NCBI GenBank assembly: GCA_964648665.1
Contig: CAZYOA010000006.1
Location: 24,943-88,942, forward strand
DNA: 64,000 nucleotides
Source: an uncultured Planctomycetales bacterium
Lineage (GTDB): Bacteria; Omnitrophota; Gorgyraeia; Zapsychrales; Aceulaceae
Reading direction: 5' to 3'
How positions within the stretch are numbered: position 1 is the stretch's first letter; every line of letters begins with the position of its first letter. This document shows positions 18,061 through 26,859 of the stretch, piece by piece. Under the pieces are notes generated by a model. It saw only the letters and a program-made list of their open reading frames with translations, had not been told where the DNA came from and did not search any database. The position numbers and the translations under genes are program-made.

Positions 18061-19349
18061 TGATTGTCTCCGTTCGGCCTTCTATAAAATTCAAAGGGAC
18101 TGTTAACCTTCCATCTTCAAAATCTTATTCTATTCGTGCGGCTATGATTAGCGCTTGTGGTGCTTGGTCACAAATTAAAAATCTTTCATCTTGTGAAGAT
18201 GTTAAAGCAGCGCTTCAAACAGCAAAACATTTAGGTTGTAAAATTTCTTGTGTTTCAAAGAATTCTTATCATATTGATGCAAATCCTTTTAAAAAAAAGA
18301 AATTCTCAAGAATTAATGTTGATGAATCGGGAACGGTTTTAAGATTTGTCTTGCCTCTATTAGCCTTAAAAGATTATGAAAGCCGAGTCGAAGGGAAAGG
18401 AACACTTTGCTCTCGACCTAATCAGTTTTTGACAAGCGTCTTGCGTGAAATGGGACGAGAGATTAAAGGGAAGGGCTCAAAAGAAACAGTTCCTATTTGC
18501 ATAAAGGGAGGAAAGCTCAAGGGTGGTACCGTTTCTATTGACGGGTCGCTAAGTTCTCAGTTTATTTCTGCACTTTTGATTGCGGCTCCTTTTCTTAATG
18601 AAGATTTAAAGCTTGTTGTTAAGGGGAAAGATTTTGTTTCTCAGACGTATATTGTCATGACGATTAATATTTTGAAAAAAGCCGGAATTTTAGTTGAGCG
18701 GATATCAGAAAGATCTTTTTTAGTTAAATCTAACCAAAAATTTAAAGGACTTAGAAGTTTTACTGTTCCGTCGGATTATGGTCTAGCTGCTTTTTCTCTT
18801 GCGGCAGGAGCATTGCTTGATTCTGATTTGAGGCTAAAAGGATTTTTAGATGAAAGTTTGATTCAGGCTGATGGAAAGATTATTGATCTTTTAGAATCTT
18901 TAGGGGTAAAGATAAAAAAGACTAAGAATGAGTTGAGCCTTAAAGGTCCTTTTCTTCTTAATGGGGGTTCGTTTTCTTTGAAAGATTGTCCTGATCTTTT
19001 GCCAATTATGAGCATCTTGGCATTGTTTGCTCAAAAAAAGACACGGCTTTATGGGATTGAACATGCGCGGATTAAAGAATCAGATAGAATTAGTGATCTT
19101 CGAAAAGAGTTGCTTAAAATTGGAGCAAAGATTGTTGAGAAAAAAGGGGAGATGATTATTTATCCTCAAAAGGCATATAAAGAAAATGTTTTGCTTGATC
19201 CTCATCGGGATCATCGTTTGGCAATGTCGTTTTGTGTCTTAGGGTTGAAACTTGGTGTGCGCGTTAAGGATATAAAATGTATTGATAAATCATATCCGGA
19301 ATTTATCTCAGATTTTAAAAAACTTGGGGCAAAATTTAAGAAAATATAA
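18060..19349 (+). CDS. aroA: 3-phosphoshikimate 1-carboxyvinyltransferase (EPSP synthase)
   Basis: LPSSKSYSIRA, DESGTVLRF, KESDRI motifs; TAATG overlap with the preceding gene. Confidence 0.93.
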   Translation: MIVSVRPSIKFKGTVNLPSSKSYSIRAAMISACGAWSQIKNLSSCEDVKAALQTAKHLGCKISCVSKNSYHIDANPFKKKKFSRINVDESGTVLRFVLPLLALKDYESRVEGKGTLCSRPNQFLTSVLREMGREIKGKGSKETVPICIKGGKLKGGTVSIDGSLSSQFISALLIAAPFLNEDLKLVVKGKDFVSQTYIVMTINILKKAGILVERISERSFLVKSNQKFKGLRSFTVPSDYGLAAFSLAAGALLDSDLRLKGFLDESLIQADGKIIDLLESLGVKIKKTKNELSLKGPFLLNGGSFSLKDCPDLLPIMSILALFAQKKTRLYGIEHARIKESDRISDLRKELLKIGAKIVEKKGEMIIYPQKAYKENVLLDPHRDHRLAMSFCVLGLKLGVRVKDIKCIDKSYPEFISDFKKLGAKFKKI

Positions 19350-19362
19350 AAAGCCTTTGGGA

Positions 19363-19391
19363 TTGACACTGCTTTTCTTTTCATATAAGAT
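19363..19391 (+). promoter_or_regulatory. Sigma-70-type promoter candidate for mreB operon (TTGACA-17-TAAGAT)
   Basis: TTGACA 19363-19368, 17-nt spacer, TAAGAT 19386-19391, in the 68-nt gap before mreB. Confidence 0.55.
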
Positions 19392-19417
19392 GTTTTTGTT
19401 ACTATAGGAGTGATACT

Positions 19418-20491
19418 GTGTTACGAAAATTCTTTAAACGAGTTAAAAGATTTATTAATTATATTCTTGGTCTTTTTTCAAATGATATGGGAATCGATCT
19501 TGGAACAGCTACGACCTTAATTTATGTTAAGGGACAAGGTGTTGTTTTATGCGAACCATCTGTTGTTGCTTTGCATAAAGAGAGCGGACAAGTTTTGGCT
19601 GTTGGTGAAGAGGCAAAACGAATGCTTGGTCGAACGCCTGGATCTATTGTTGCTGTTAGGCCGATGCGCGATGGTGTTATATCAGATTTCGAAATCACAG
19701 AAGCGATGCTTCGTTATTTTATTAAGAAAGTTCATTCTCGTAGAGTTTTAGTTCGTCCAGCAATGGTTGTTGCTATTCCTTCTGGGATTACTGAAGTTGA
19801 AAAAAGGGCAGTCAAGGATTCTGCTGAACGAGCTGGAGCGCGTTCAGTTGAATTGATCGAGGAACCAAAAGCTGCTGCAGTCGGTGCAGGGTTACCGGTT
19901 GAAGATCCTGCTGGTAATATGATTGTTGATATTGGAGGAGGAACAACGGAATTTGCTGTGCTTTCTCTAGGGGGCATTGTTTATTCTCAGTCGATTCGAA
20001 TTGCAGGTGACGAAATGGATACAGCTATCATTGATTATTTAGGAAAGACTTATAATTTAATGATTGGTGAGCGCACTGCAGAAGAAATTAAAATTCGTAT
20101 TGGATCTGCCTATCCACTTGATGAAGAATTAAGTATGGATGTTCGAGGACGAGATCTTATTTCTGGTTTGCCAAAAACGATTACAGTTACATCTGTTGAA
20201 ATTAGAGAAGCCCTTCAGCCGCCTGTTAGAGCTATTGTTGATGCTTCAAAAACTACACTTGAGCAAACCCCTCCAGAGCTTGCTGCAGATTTGATTGATC
20301 GAGGAATTGTTATGGCAGGCGGAGGCGCAATGCTAAGAGGTCTTGATAAATTGATTGCTGAAGAAACTGGTTTGCCTGTTCATATCGCTGACGATCCTCT
20401 CACAGCTGTTGTTTTGGGGACAGGGGCGACATTAGATATGCCGGCTCGTTTGCGACGAGGTCTTGTTGTTCCTGCTAAACTTGATTTTTAA
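19418..20491 (+). CDS. mreB: Rod shape-determining protein MreB
   Basis: Actin-fold motifs GIDLGTATT and [11 protein letters not shown] start with aggag SD 8 nt upstream; N-terminal amphipathic extension. Confidence 0.95.
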   Translation: MLRKFFKRVKRFINYILGLFSNDMGIDLGTATTLIYVKGQGVVLCEPSVVALHKESGQVLAVGEEAKRMLGRTPGSIVAVRPMRDGVISDFEITEAMLRYFIKKVHSRRVLVRPAMVVAIPSGITEVEKRAVKDSAERAGARSVELIEEPKAAAVGAGLPVEDPAGNMIVDIGGGTTEFAVLSLGGIVYSQSIRIAGDEMDTAIIDYLGKTYNLMIGERTAEEIKIRIGSAYPLDEELSMDVRGRDLISGLPKTITVTSVEIREALQPPVRAIVDASKTTLEQTPPELAADLIDRGIVMAGGGAMLRGLDKLIAEETGLPVHIADDPLTAVVLGTGATLDMPARLRRGLVVPAKLDF

Positions 20492-20509
20492 TATCTAAAA
20501 GAAATTGAT

Positions 20510-21301
20510 GTGTTTCGAATTTCATCCAAAAAAGCCACTTATTTATTAATTGTCATTCTGGCATTCTTTGTTTTATTTTTTGCTCAGGGTGCATCCTCCG
20601 GTTTGCGCATGGGCGTTGTTTCTGCTTTTTCACTTCCAATTAAAATTGTAACTTTTCCATTTAAAGAAATTAAGAAAATTTGGTTTTATCGAAAAACGTT
20701 TGATGAGAGTAAGTCTTTGAAAGAGGAGTTTCAGACGCTAAGAAGGCGTTTATTTGAGCAAGAAGAAGTTTTAAAGGAAAATAGTCGATTTAAAAAATTG
20801 CTAGATTTTCAATCAACATCTGTTTTTTCATCTGTGGCAGCTAGTGTTGTCGGTAGAGATCCTTCAAATTGGAATGCTGTTATTATTATTGATCGGGGAA
20901 GCGAAGATGGGCTTGAGCAAGGAATGCCGGTGATTAGTCCTTTGGGCGTTGTTGGTCGAATTTTAGAGGTCGGATCTCACATAAGCAAAGTTATGCTTTT
21001 AACAGATCCAAGTTTTAGTGTTGCAGCGGTAGTTCAGCGTAATCGAGAGCAGGGTTTAATTTCTGGAACATTGCAAGGTGTGTGCCGTATGCAGTATTTA
21101 TCTCCAAAAACACGGTTTAATATTGGAGATCCTGTAATCACTTCTAATCTGAGTTCGTTTTTTCCAGAAGGACTTTTGGTTGGAAAGATTGTCGCTATTG
21201 AAGATAGCACCAGTAGCCCTACTATTGAGTGTCTTGTTGAGCCCGTTGTTATTCTTTCGCAAATGGAAGAAGTGATTGTTCTTAAAATTCCGCAGGAATA
21301 A
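20510..21301 (+). CDS. mreC: Rod shape-determining protein MreC
   Basis: N-terminal TM, coiled-coil segment, two beta-barrel-like repeats (GMPVISPLGVVGRILEV; GDPVITSNLSSFFPEGLLVGKIV); GTG start; follows mreB. Confidence 0.85.
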   Translation: MFRISSKKATYLLIVILAFFVLFFAQGASSGLRMGVVSAFSLPIKIVTFPFKEIKKIWFYRKTFDESKSLKEEFQTLRRRLFEQEEVLKENSRFKKLLDFQSTSVFSSVAASVVGRDPSNWNAVIIIDRGSEDGLEQGMPVISPLGVVGRILEVGSHISKVMLLTDPSFSVAAVVQRNREQGLISGTLQGVCRMQYLSPKTRFNIGDPVITSNLSSFFPEGLLVGKIVAIEDSTSSPTIECLVEPVVILSQMEEVIVLKIPQE

Positions 21302-21320
21302 AATCAGGTAATTAAAGCTT

Positions 21321-21806
21321 ATGAGAAAAATCTTTGGTATTATTTTCTTTTCTATTTTTTTATTTTTAATCGAGATTGCTTTATTCCAGATATTTGGTTT
21401 ATGGTTTAAACCAAATCTTTTGGTTATTTTTATTATTTTCGTTAATTTAAGATTTGGTCTTCGTTATGGAGTTTTTGTTTCTTTGTTTTGCGGTATTTTA
21501 GCTGATAGTTTTAGTGCAGGAATTTTTGGTGTCCACATTATTTCTTTTATTATTTGTTCGTATATTTTGGCGATTGTTAAAAAATATTTTTTGCAATTTG
21601 ATGCGCTGTCGTTTAAGCTCGTGATTGCTTTTGTGTTTAGTTCCTTGTTTGTTTTATTAATGTATTTTTTTAATGCTATGTTTTTAAAAATTAACTTTAG
21701 CGGTGTTTTCACTTTTATATTTCTGCCAGAAGTGGCGGCAACTGTGGCAGTGTCTCCGCTTTGTTTTGATTGGTTTAAAAAATGCGACTCAAAATTATTA
21801 AATTAG
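21321..21806 (+). CDS. mreD: Rod shape-determining protein MreD
   Basis: 161-aa polytopic membrane protein directly after mreC; call rests on position and hydrophobicity. Confidence 0.7.
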   Translation: MRKIFGIIFFSIFLFLIEIALFQIFGLWFKPNLLVIFIIFVNLRFGLRYGVFVSLFCGILADSFSAGIFGVHIISFIICSYILAIVKKYFLQFDALSFKLVIAFVFSSLFVLLMYFFNAMFLKINFSGVFTFIFLPEVAATVAVSPLCFDWFKKCDSKLLN

Positions 21807-23497
21807 TTATTATAGGTCTTTTTCTTAGCTTAATTTTCGGTCTTGTTCATTTGCAGATAATTAAGGGTCAAGAATTTTATGATCTTAGTCGGTATAATCG
21901 TATCCGAATTGTGCCGATTGATGGAAATCGAGGTCGCATTCTTGATCGAAATGGTGTTGTTTTAGCTGATACGCGCATTTCTTTCGATGTAGTTGTTATT
22001 CCTCAGGAAATTAAAAATAAAGAGGATCTCTTTTCTTTCTTAGGCACGACTCTTGAAATTGAAAATGATAAATTGTTAAAACTTTTTCGAGAGAGATCGG
22101 CTGCACCTTTTGTTCCCGTTGTTATTCAGGAAGATCTTTCTAGAGAAAAAGCAATTATTTTAGAGGAAAACAAATTTAGATTTCCTGGGCTACTTGTTAA
22201 TGTTGGCGCTAAAAGAGAATATCCTTTCGGTAAAGTTGGTGCTCATATCCTGGGATATGTTTCTAGAATTAATCAAGATAAGTTGAAAAAGTTTAAAGAT
22301 TATGGTTATTCTGTTCAAGATGTTACAGGATATTCTGGTGTAGAGGAATATTATGATAACTTTTTGCGGGGACGAGATGGAGGGGTTCAGGTTGAAGTGA
22401 ATAATCGCGGCAAACAAATGAGACTTTTAGGAATGAAAGAGTCTTTGAAGGGGCAAGATTTAATTCTTGGTATTGATGCTCGAATTCAAAAGATTGCTTC
22501 TGATGTTTTATCTGAGAAAAAGGGAGCAATTGTAGTCCTTGATCTTAACACAGGAGAAGTTTTAGCTATGGTGAGTTCTCCGTCTTTTGATCCTAATGCT
22601 TTTGTTGATTCAGCGAAATCAAAAGAAAGAGCTGAATTAATTTTTGATTCTGACGCACCTATGATGAATAGGGCTATTAGTGGACAGTATCCTCCTGGAT
22701 CAATTTTTAAAATTCCGATGGCACTTGCGGTATTAGATCAAAAAAAAGTTTCGCTAGATAAAACATTTTTTTGTAATGGATCGTATCGGCTAGGTCGAAG
22801 ATCGTTTCGTTGTTCTCATTCTCATGGTATGCAAAGTTTTACAGAGGCGATTGCACATTCATGTAATGTTTATTTTTATAATGTTGGTTTGCTCTTGGGT
22901 CCAGAAGCCATGAGAGAATATGCGTTTCTTTTTGGACTTGGAATCCCTACGAATATTGATCTTCCTTACGAGAGGGTAGGGCTTGTTCCTGATGCAACGC
23001 AGTTTTTTAAGCGCGCAGGTCGTTCGTGGAGCAGAGGAGATACGCTTAATTTCTCAATTGGTCAAGGAGATGTTTTAACAACGCCGATTCAGATTGCTAA
23101 TATGATTTCAACGGTTGCTCGCGGCGGAAGAGAAATTACTCCGCATATTATGATTTCTATTGGAGATGTCGATAAAAAAGAATTAATTTTAGCTAGAAAT
23201 ATTGATATTTCAGAGAAATATTTTGAAGATGTTAAGGTGGGGATGAAAGCTGCTGTTGAGGAATATTCTGGAACGGCACATTTGTTGGCGATACCTGGTA
23301 TTTCGGTCTCGGGTAAAACAGGAACAGCTCAAACTTCTGGTGGGAAAAAGCACCATGCTTGGTTTTCTGGATTTTGTCCTGAAACAAAGCGAAGAATATC
23401 TTTTTGTGTTTTCTTGGAACACGGAGGATCAAGCTATTATGCTTGCCGTGCAGCGCGCAAGCTTTTAATAGCTATGCGGAAGCAGAAAATTATATAA
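21782..23497 (+). CDS. mrdA: Penicillin-binding protein 2 (elongasome transpeptidase)
   Basis: PBP dimerisation domain plus transpeptidase motifs SxxK (PGSIFK) and KTGTA; between mreD and rodA. Confidence 0.9.
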   Translation: MRLKIIKLVIIGLFLSLIFGLVHLQIIKGQEFYDLSRYNRIRIVPIDGNRGRILDRNGVVLADTRISFDVVVIPQEIKNKEDLFSFLGTTLEIENDKLLKLFRERSAAPFVPVVIQEDLSREKAIILEENKFRFPGLLVNVGAKREYPFGKVGAHILGYVSRINQDKLKKFKDYGYSVQDVTGYSGVEEYYDNFLRGRDGGVQVEVNNRGKQMRLLGMKESLKGQDLILGIDARIQKIASDVLSEKKGAIVVLDLNTGEVLAMVSSPSFDPNAFVDSAKSKERAELIFDSDAPMMNRAISGQYPPGSIFKIPMALAVLDQKKVSLDKTFFCNGSYRLGRRSFRCSHSHGMQSFTEAIAHSCNVYFYNVGLLLGPEAMREYAFLFGLGIPTNIDLPYERVGLVPDATQFFKRAGRSWSRGDTLNFSIGQGDVLTTPIQIANMISTVARGGREITPHIMISIGDVDKKELILARNIDISEKYFEDVKVGMKAAVEEYSGTAHLLAIPGISVSGKTGTAQTSGGKKHHAWFSGFCPETKRRISFCVFLEHGGSSYYACRAARKLLIAMRKQKII

Positions 23498-23503
23498 TAC
23501 ATT

Positions 23504-24610
23504 ATGACTCGAAATTTAAATAAAATTATCTGGATTACAACAATTGTGATTATCGTTGTTGGTCTTGCTGCTTTATATAGCGCTTCTTATCAAAATTCGA
23601 GAATTTCTCAGAAAGTTTTTTTTGATCAGCTAATCTTAGCTTCAGTTGGGATTTTGGCTATTTTTGGATTAAGCTATATTGACTATCGAAAGTTTTATGA
23701 TTTAGCATATGTTTTCTATATTGTTAATGTTATTTTCTTATTGGCTATTTTTATTTTTGGACGCTATGCCTTGGGAGCAAAAAGGTGGATTGAATTTTTC
23801 GGTTTAAATTTTCAGCCATCTGAAATGATGAAATTTTCAATAATTTTGGTTTTAGCTCGATATTTCTCTGATACAAAACCAAAGATTGAATTTAGTCGCT
23901 ATGGGTTAAGGTCTGAATTCTTTTCTGATTTTTTGATTCCTTTGGTTATTGTTTCGTTTCCGGCGTTATTAGTTTTTAAACAGCCTGATCTTGGGACAGC
24001 ATTATTATTATTTGGAATTTTTGTTGTTGTTTTGTATGCTAGCGGAATTAGTTATAAATATTTCTTTAGTTTCTTAGGCTGCGGCCTTGTGCTTGTTCCT
24101 GTGCTTTGGAGTTTTATGAAGCCGTATCAGAAAGATCGTTTGCTCGTATTTTTAAATCCAAACATTGATCCTTTGGGTGCAGGATATACGATTATTCAGT
24201 CAAAAATTGCTGTTGGATCAGGGCAGATGTTTGGCAAGGGATGGCTTTCGGGAACGCAAAATCAACTTAATTTCTTACCTGAACGGCATACAGATTTCAT
24301 TTTCTCTGTTATTGGAGAAGAATGGGGGCTAGCAGGAGCATTCTTTTTGATTGCTTGCTTTTTTATTTTAATTATGACTACGTTAAACCTTGTTGACCGA
24401 GCAAATGAGAAATTTGGATATCTTGCAGGTATTGGCATTGTTTCAATACTGACTCTTCAAACAGTTATCAATATCGGAATGGTTTTAGGCCTTTGTCCAA
24501 TCGTTGGATTGACGCTTCCGTTTGTTAGCTATGGCCGATCGTCATTTGTTGTTTTTGTTCTTATGATTGGATTTCTCTTGAGCTTGGGTAAGCGTAGAAC
24601 AGTTTTTTAA
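23504..24610 (+). CDS. rodA: SEDS-family peptidoglycan polymerase RodA
   Basis: FtsW/RodA/SpoVE family (QPSEMMKF, PERHTDFIFSVIGEEWG); ten hydrophobic segments; follows mrdA. Confidence 0.9.
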   Translation: MTRNLNKIIWITTIVIIVVGLAALYSASYQNSRISQKVFFDQLILASVGILAIFGLSYIDYRKFYDLAYVFYIVNVIFLLAIFIFGRYALGAKRWIEFFGLNFQPSEMMKFSIILVLARYFSDTKPKIEFSRYGLRSEFFSDFLIPLVIVSFPALLVFKQPDLGTALLLFGIFVVVLYASGISYKYFFSFLGCGLVLVPVLWSFMKPYQKDRLLVFLNPNIDPLGAGYTIIQSKIAVGSGQMFGKGWLSGTQNQLNFLPERHTDFIFSVIGEEWGLAGAFFLIACFFILIMTTLNLVDRANEKFGYLAGIGIVSILTLQTVINIGMVLGLCPIVGLTLPFVSYGRSSFVVFVLMIGFLLSLGKRRTVF

Positions 24611-24626
24611 ATAGTAATGATAAAAA

Positions 24627-24655
24627 TTGTAATATTTTAGGTTTTAGAGTAGTAT
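24627..24655 (+). promoter_or_regulatory. Weak sigma-70-type promoter candidate for pilus ATPase operon (TTGTAA-17-TAGTAT)
   Basis: TTGTAA 24627-24632, 17-nt spacer, TAGTAT 24650-24655, in an AT-rich 78-nt gap where chance matches are likely. Confidence 0.3.
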
Positions 24656-24688
24656 ATTTATTAAATACTTTTACTTATATTAATAACT

Positions 24689-25141
24689 ATGTCAGATTAT
24701 AAAAGAATTAATAAAAAATTTCTAGGGGAACTTCTCATCGAAAGAGGCGTGATCAATGAGAACCAACTTAATGAGGCCATCGAGTATCAAAAAGAAAAAG
24801 GCGGCCTGGTTGGGGAGGTTCTTGTAATTCTTAAATATGCCTCAGAAGAAGATATTGCTCAGGCTTTGACGTCTCAATACGGATTTCCGTATTTACCATT
24901 ATCAAATTATGAAATCGAAGAAGACGTTCTTTCATCGGTTCCTTTTGAGGTTTGCAAGAAATCTTGTCTTATTCCAATTGATAAAATTGGAGGAAGCTTG
25001 ACTTTAGCCATGGCAAACCCGTTGGTTTTAGAGGCGATTGAAGAAGTCGAGGAGTTGACGAAGTGTTCTGTTCAGACCTTTGTGAGTACATCAACGGATA
25101 TTCGAAATACGATTGATCGATATTATCGCGTAAACAAATGA
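24689..25141 (+). CDS. Stand-alone T2SSE_N / MshEN-like domain protein (150 aa)
   Basis: Residues 11-63, FLGELLIERGVINENQLNEAIEYQ-KEKGG-LVGEVLVILKYASEEDIAQALTSQ, followed by YGFPYLPL and the rest of a GspE/PilB N-terminal domain. There is no ATPase domain. The stop overlaps the pilB-1 start (ATGA). Confidence 0.75.
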   Translation: MSDYKRINKKFLGELLIERGVINENQLNEAIEYQKEKGGLVGEVLVILKYASEEDIAQALTSQYGFPYLPLSNYEIEEDVLSSVPFEVCKKSCLIPIDKIGGSLTLAMANPLVLEAIEEVEELTKCSVQTFVSTSTDIRNTIDRYYRVNK

Positions 25142-26859
25142 TTTCGCCAATTCAAAAATTAAAAACTATACTGATCGAACAAAAAGATATAAATTCGTCT
25201 GTCTTTGATGATGCAAAGGCAAAAGACGTTTTTTTTGTAGATTATATTATTGAAAATGCATTCCTTCCTGAGTCAGAGATTGTTAATTGTTTCATTGAGG
25301 CTTTAGGTGCACAGCCTGTTGATGTTTCTGAATTAAAGATTTTTGCTCAATTGCTTGAAATTATCCCAAAACCTATTGCTCTTAATTATCAAGTTATGCC
25401 GATTGTTTGTATTGGTCAAACGCTTGTTTTAGCAACAGCAAATCCGGCTGATATTGTGATGATTGATAATCTTAATGCTTTAACGGGACTTCAGATTCGA
25501 TTTGTAGAAGCAACGGCTCAAAACATTGAGAAAGCAATTGGATTTTATTATTCCGAGGACGCTAATATTGCTTTTGAGCAGATCATGAAAGACATATCTG
25601 ATTCTGAAGAGCTTGAGCTAGTTAGAGATTCTGATAAAGTTACAGAAAAGCAGCATGTTGAGAATTTGATTCAAGATGCGCCAACAATACGATTAACGGA
25701 TGCGATTATTAAGCAAGCCATTATTGCTAAAGCTAGTGATATTTTTATTGAGCCGTTAGAAAAATCTTTACGTATTCGCTATCGCATTGATGGCATTATC
25801 CGGGAAGTGGATCGGATGTCAAAAACATTACATTTTCCGGTTGTTTCTCGTATAAAAATTATGTCAAATTTAGATATCTCTGAGCATCGTTTACCGCAAG
25901 ATGGACGCTTTAAGGTTGTCACTGATCGTAAAAGACAAGTTGATTTTCGAGTTAGTATTTTGCCAGCTGCATTAGGAGAAAAAGTTGTATTACGTGTTTT
26001 GGATAAAGATGCGGCGATGCTTGATATTGCAAAGCTTGGATTTAAGCCGAAAGCCTTAGAGATGCTTAAACAATGTTCTTTGAAGCCACATGGAATGATT
26101 TTAACGTGTGGGCCAACAGGAAGTGGAAAAACAACAACGTTATATTCAATCTTAAAATTTATTGATTCTTCTGAAAAAAATATTATTACTGTTGAAGATC
26201 CTGTGGAATATCAAATGAAGGGAATCAATCAAGTTAATATTAAGCCGCAAGTTAACTTGACATTTTCATCGACACTGAGATCTATCTTAAGACAAGATCC
26301 TGATGTTATTATGATTGGAGAAATTCGTGATTTTGAAACTTTAGATGTAGCAATTAAAGCTGCATTAACGGGTCATTTAGTTTTAAGTTCTTTGCATACA
26401 ACAACAGCAGCGGGATCTGTTGTTCGAATGATGAATATGGGTGTTGAGCCTTTTCTAATTTGTTCGTCTGTTTTAGGAGTGGTTGCTCAGCGTCTTGTTA
26501 GAAAGCTTTGCGATAAATGCAAGGAACCTTATGACGTTCCAAATTATGTGGCTAAGAAAATTGGTTTAACAAAAATGAAATTTGATCAAGATCCAACATT
26601 CTTTAAAGCAAAGGGCTGCAAGCATTGTCGTGATTTAGGATATCGAGGTCGGATCGGCATTACAGAGATTATGGTTTTAACATCTGCTGTTAAGAAATGT
26701 ATTTTAGAGCGAGCAGGAGAGCTTAAGATTAAAGAAGCGGCTCGAAAAGAGAGAATGGTTACGATGAGAGAAGATGCTTTAGATAAAGTTGCGCTAGGTC
26801 TGACATCCATTGAGGAAGTTTTAAGAGTAACTGCTTTAGATGAAGAGTTGAAAAAATAA
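25138..26859 (+). CDS. pilB: Type IV pilus assembly ATPase, PilB/GspE family, paralog 1
   Basis: Walker A GPTGSGKTT, Asp box ITVEDPVEY, Walker B VIMIGEIRD, His box TGHLVLSSLHT, tetracysteine CDKC...CKHC; degenerate T2SSE_N N-domain. Confidence 0.9.
   Translation: MISPIQKLKTILIEQKDINSSVFDDAKAKDVFFVDYIIENAFLPESEIVNCFIEALGAQPVDVSELKIFAQLLEIIPKPIALNYQVMPIVCIGQTLVLATANPADIVMIDNLNALTGLQIRFVEATAQNIEKAIGFYYSEDANIAFEQIMKDISDSEELELVRDSDKVTEKQHVENLIQDAPTIRLTDAIIKQAIIAKASDIFIEPLEKSLRIRYRIDGIIREVDRMSKTLHFPVVSRIKIMSNLDISEHRLPQDGRFKVVTDRKRQVDFRVSILPAALGEKVVLRVLDKDAAMLDIAKLGFKPKALEMLKQCSLKPHGMILTCGPTGSGKTTTLYSILKFIDSSEKNIITVEDPVEYQMKGINQVNIKPQVNLTFSSTLRSILRQDPDVIMIGEIRDFETLDVAIKAALTGHLVLSSLHTTTAAGSVVRMMNMGVEPFLICSSVLGVVAQRLVRKLCDKCKEPYDVPNYVAKKIGLTKMKFDQDPTFFKAKGCKHCRDLGYRGRIGITEIMVLTSAVKKCILERAGELKIKEAARKERMVTMREDALDKVALGLTSIEEVLRVTALDEELKK

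Noticed and set aside
24689-26859. The idea that the 150-aa MshEN-like ORF and PilB-1 are one gene split by a frameshift
   Set aside because: The 150-aa ORF is a complete N-domain and PilB-1 has its own full-length N-domain and a normal overall length. The ATGA junction is the same coupling signal used throughout the window. A sequencing error cannot be excluded without reads.
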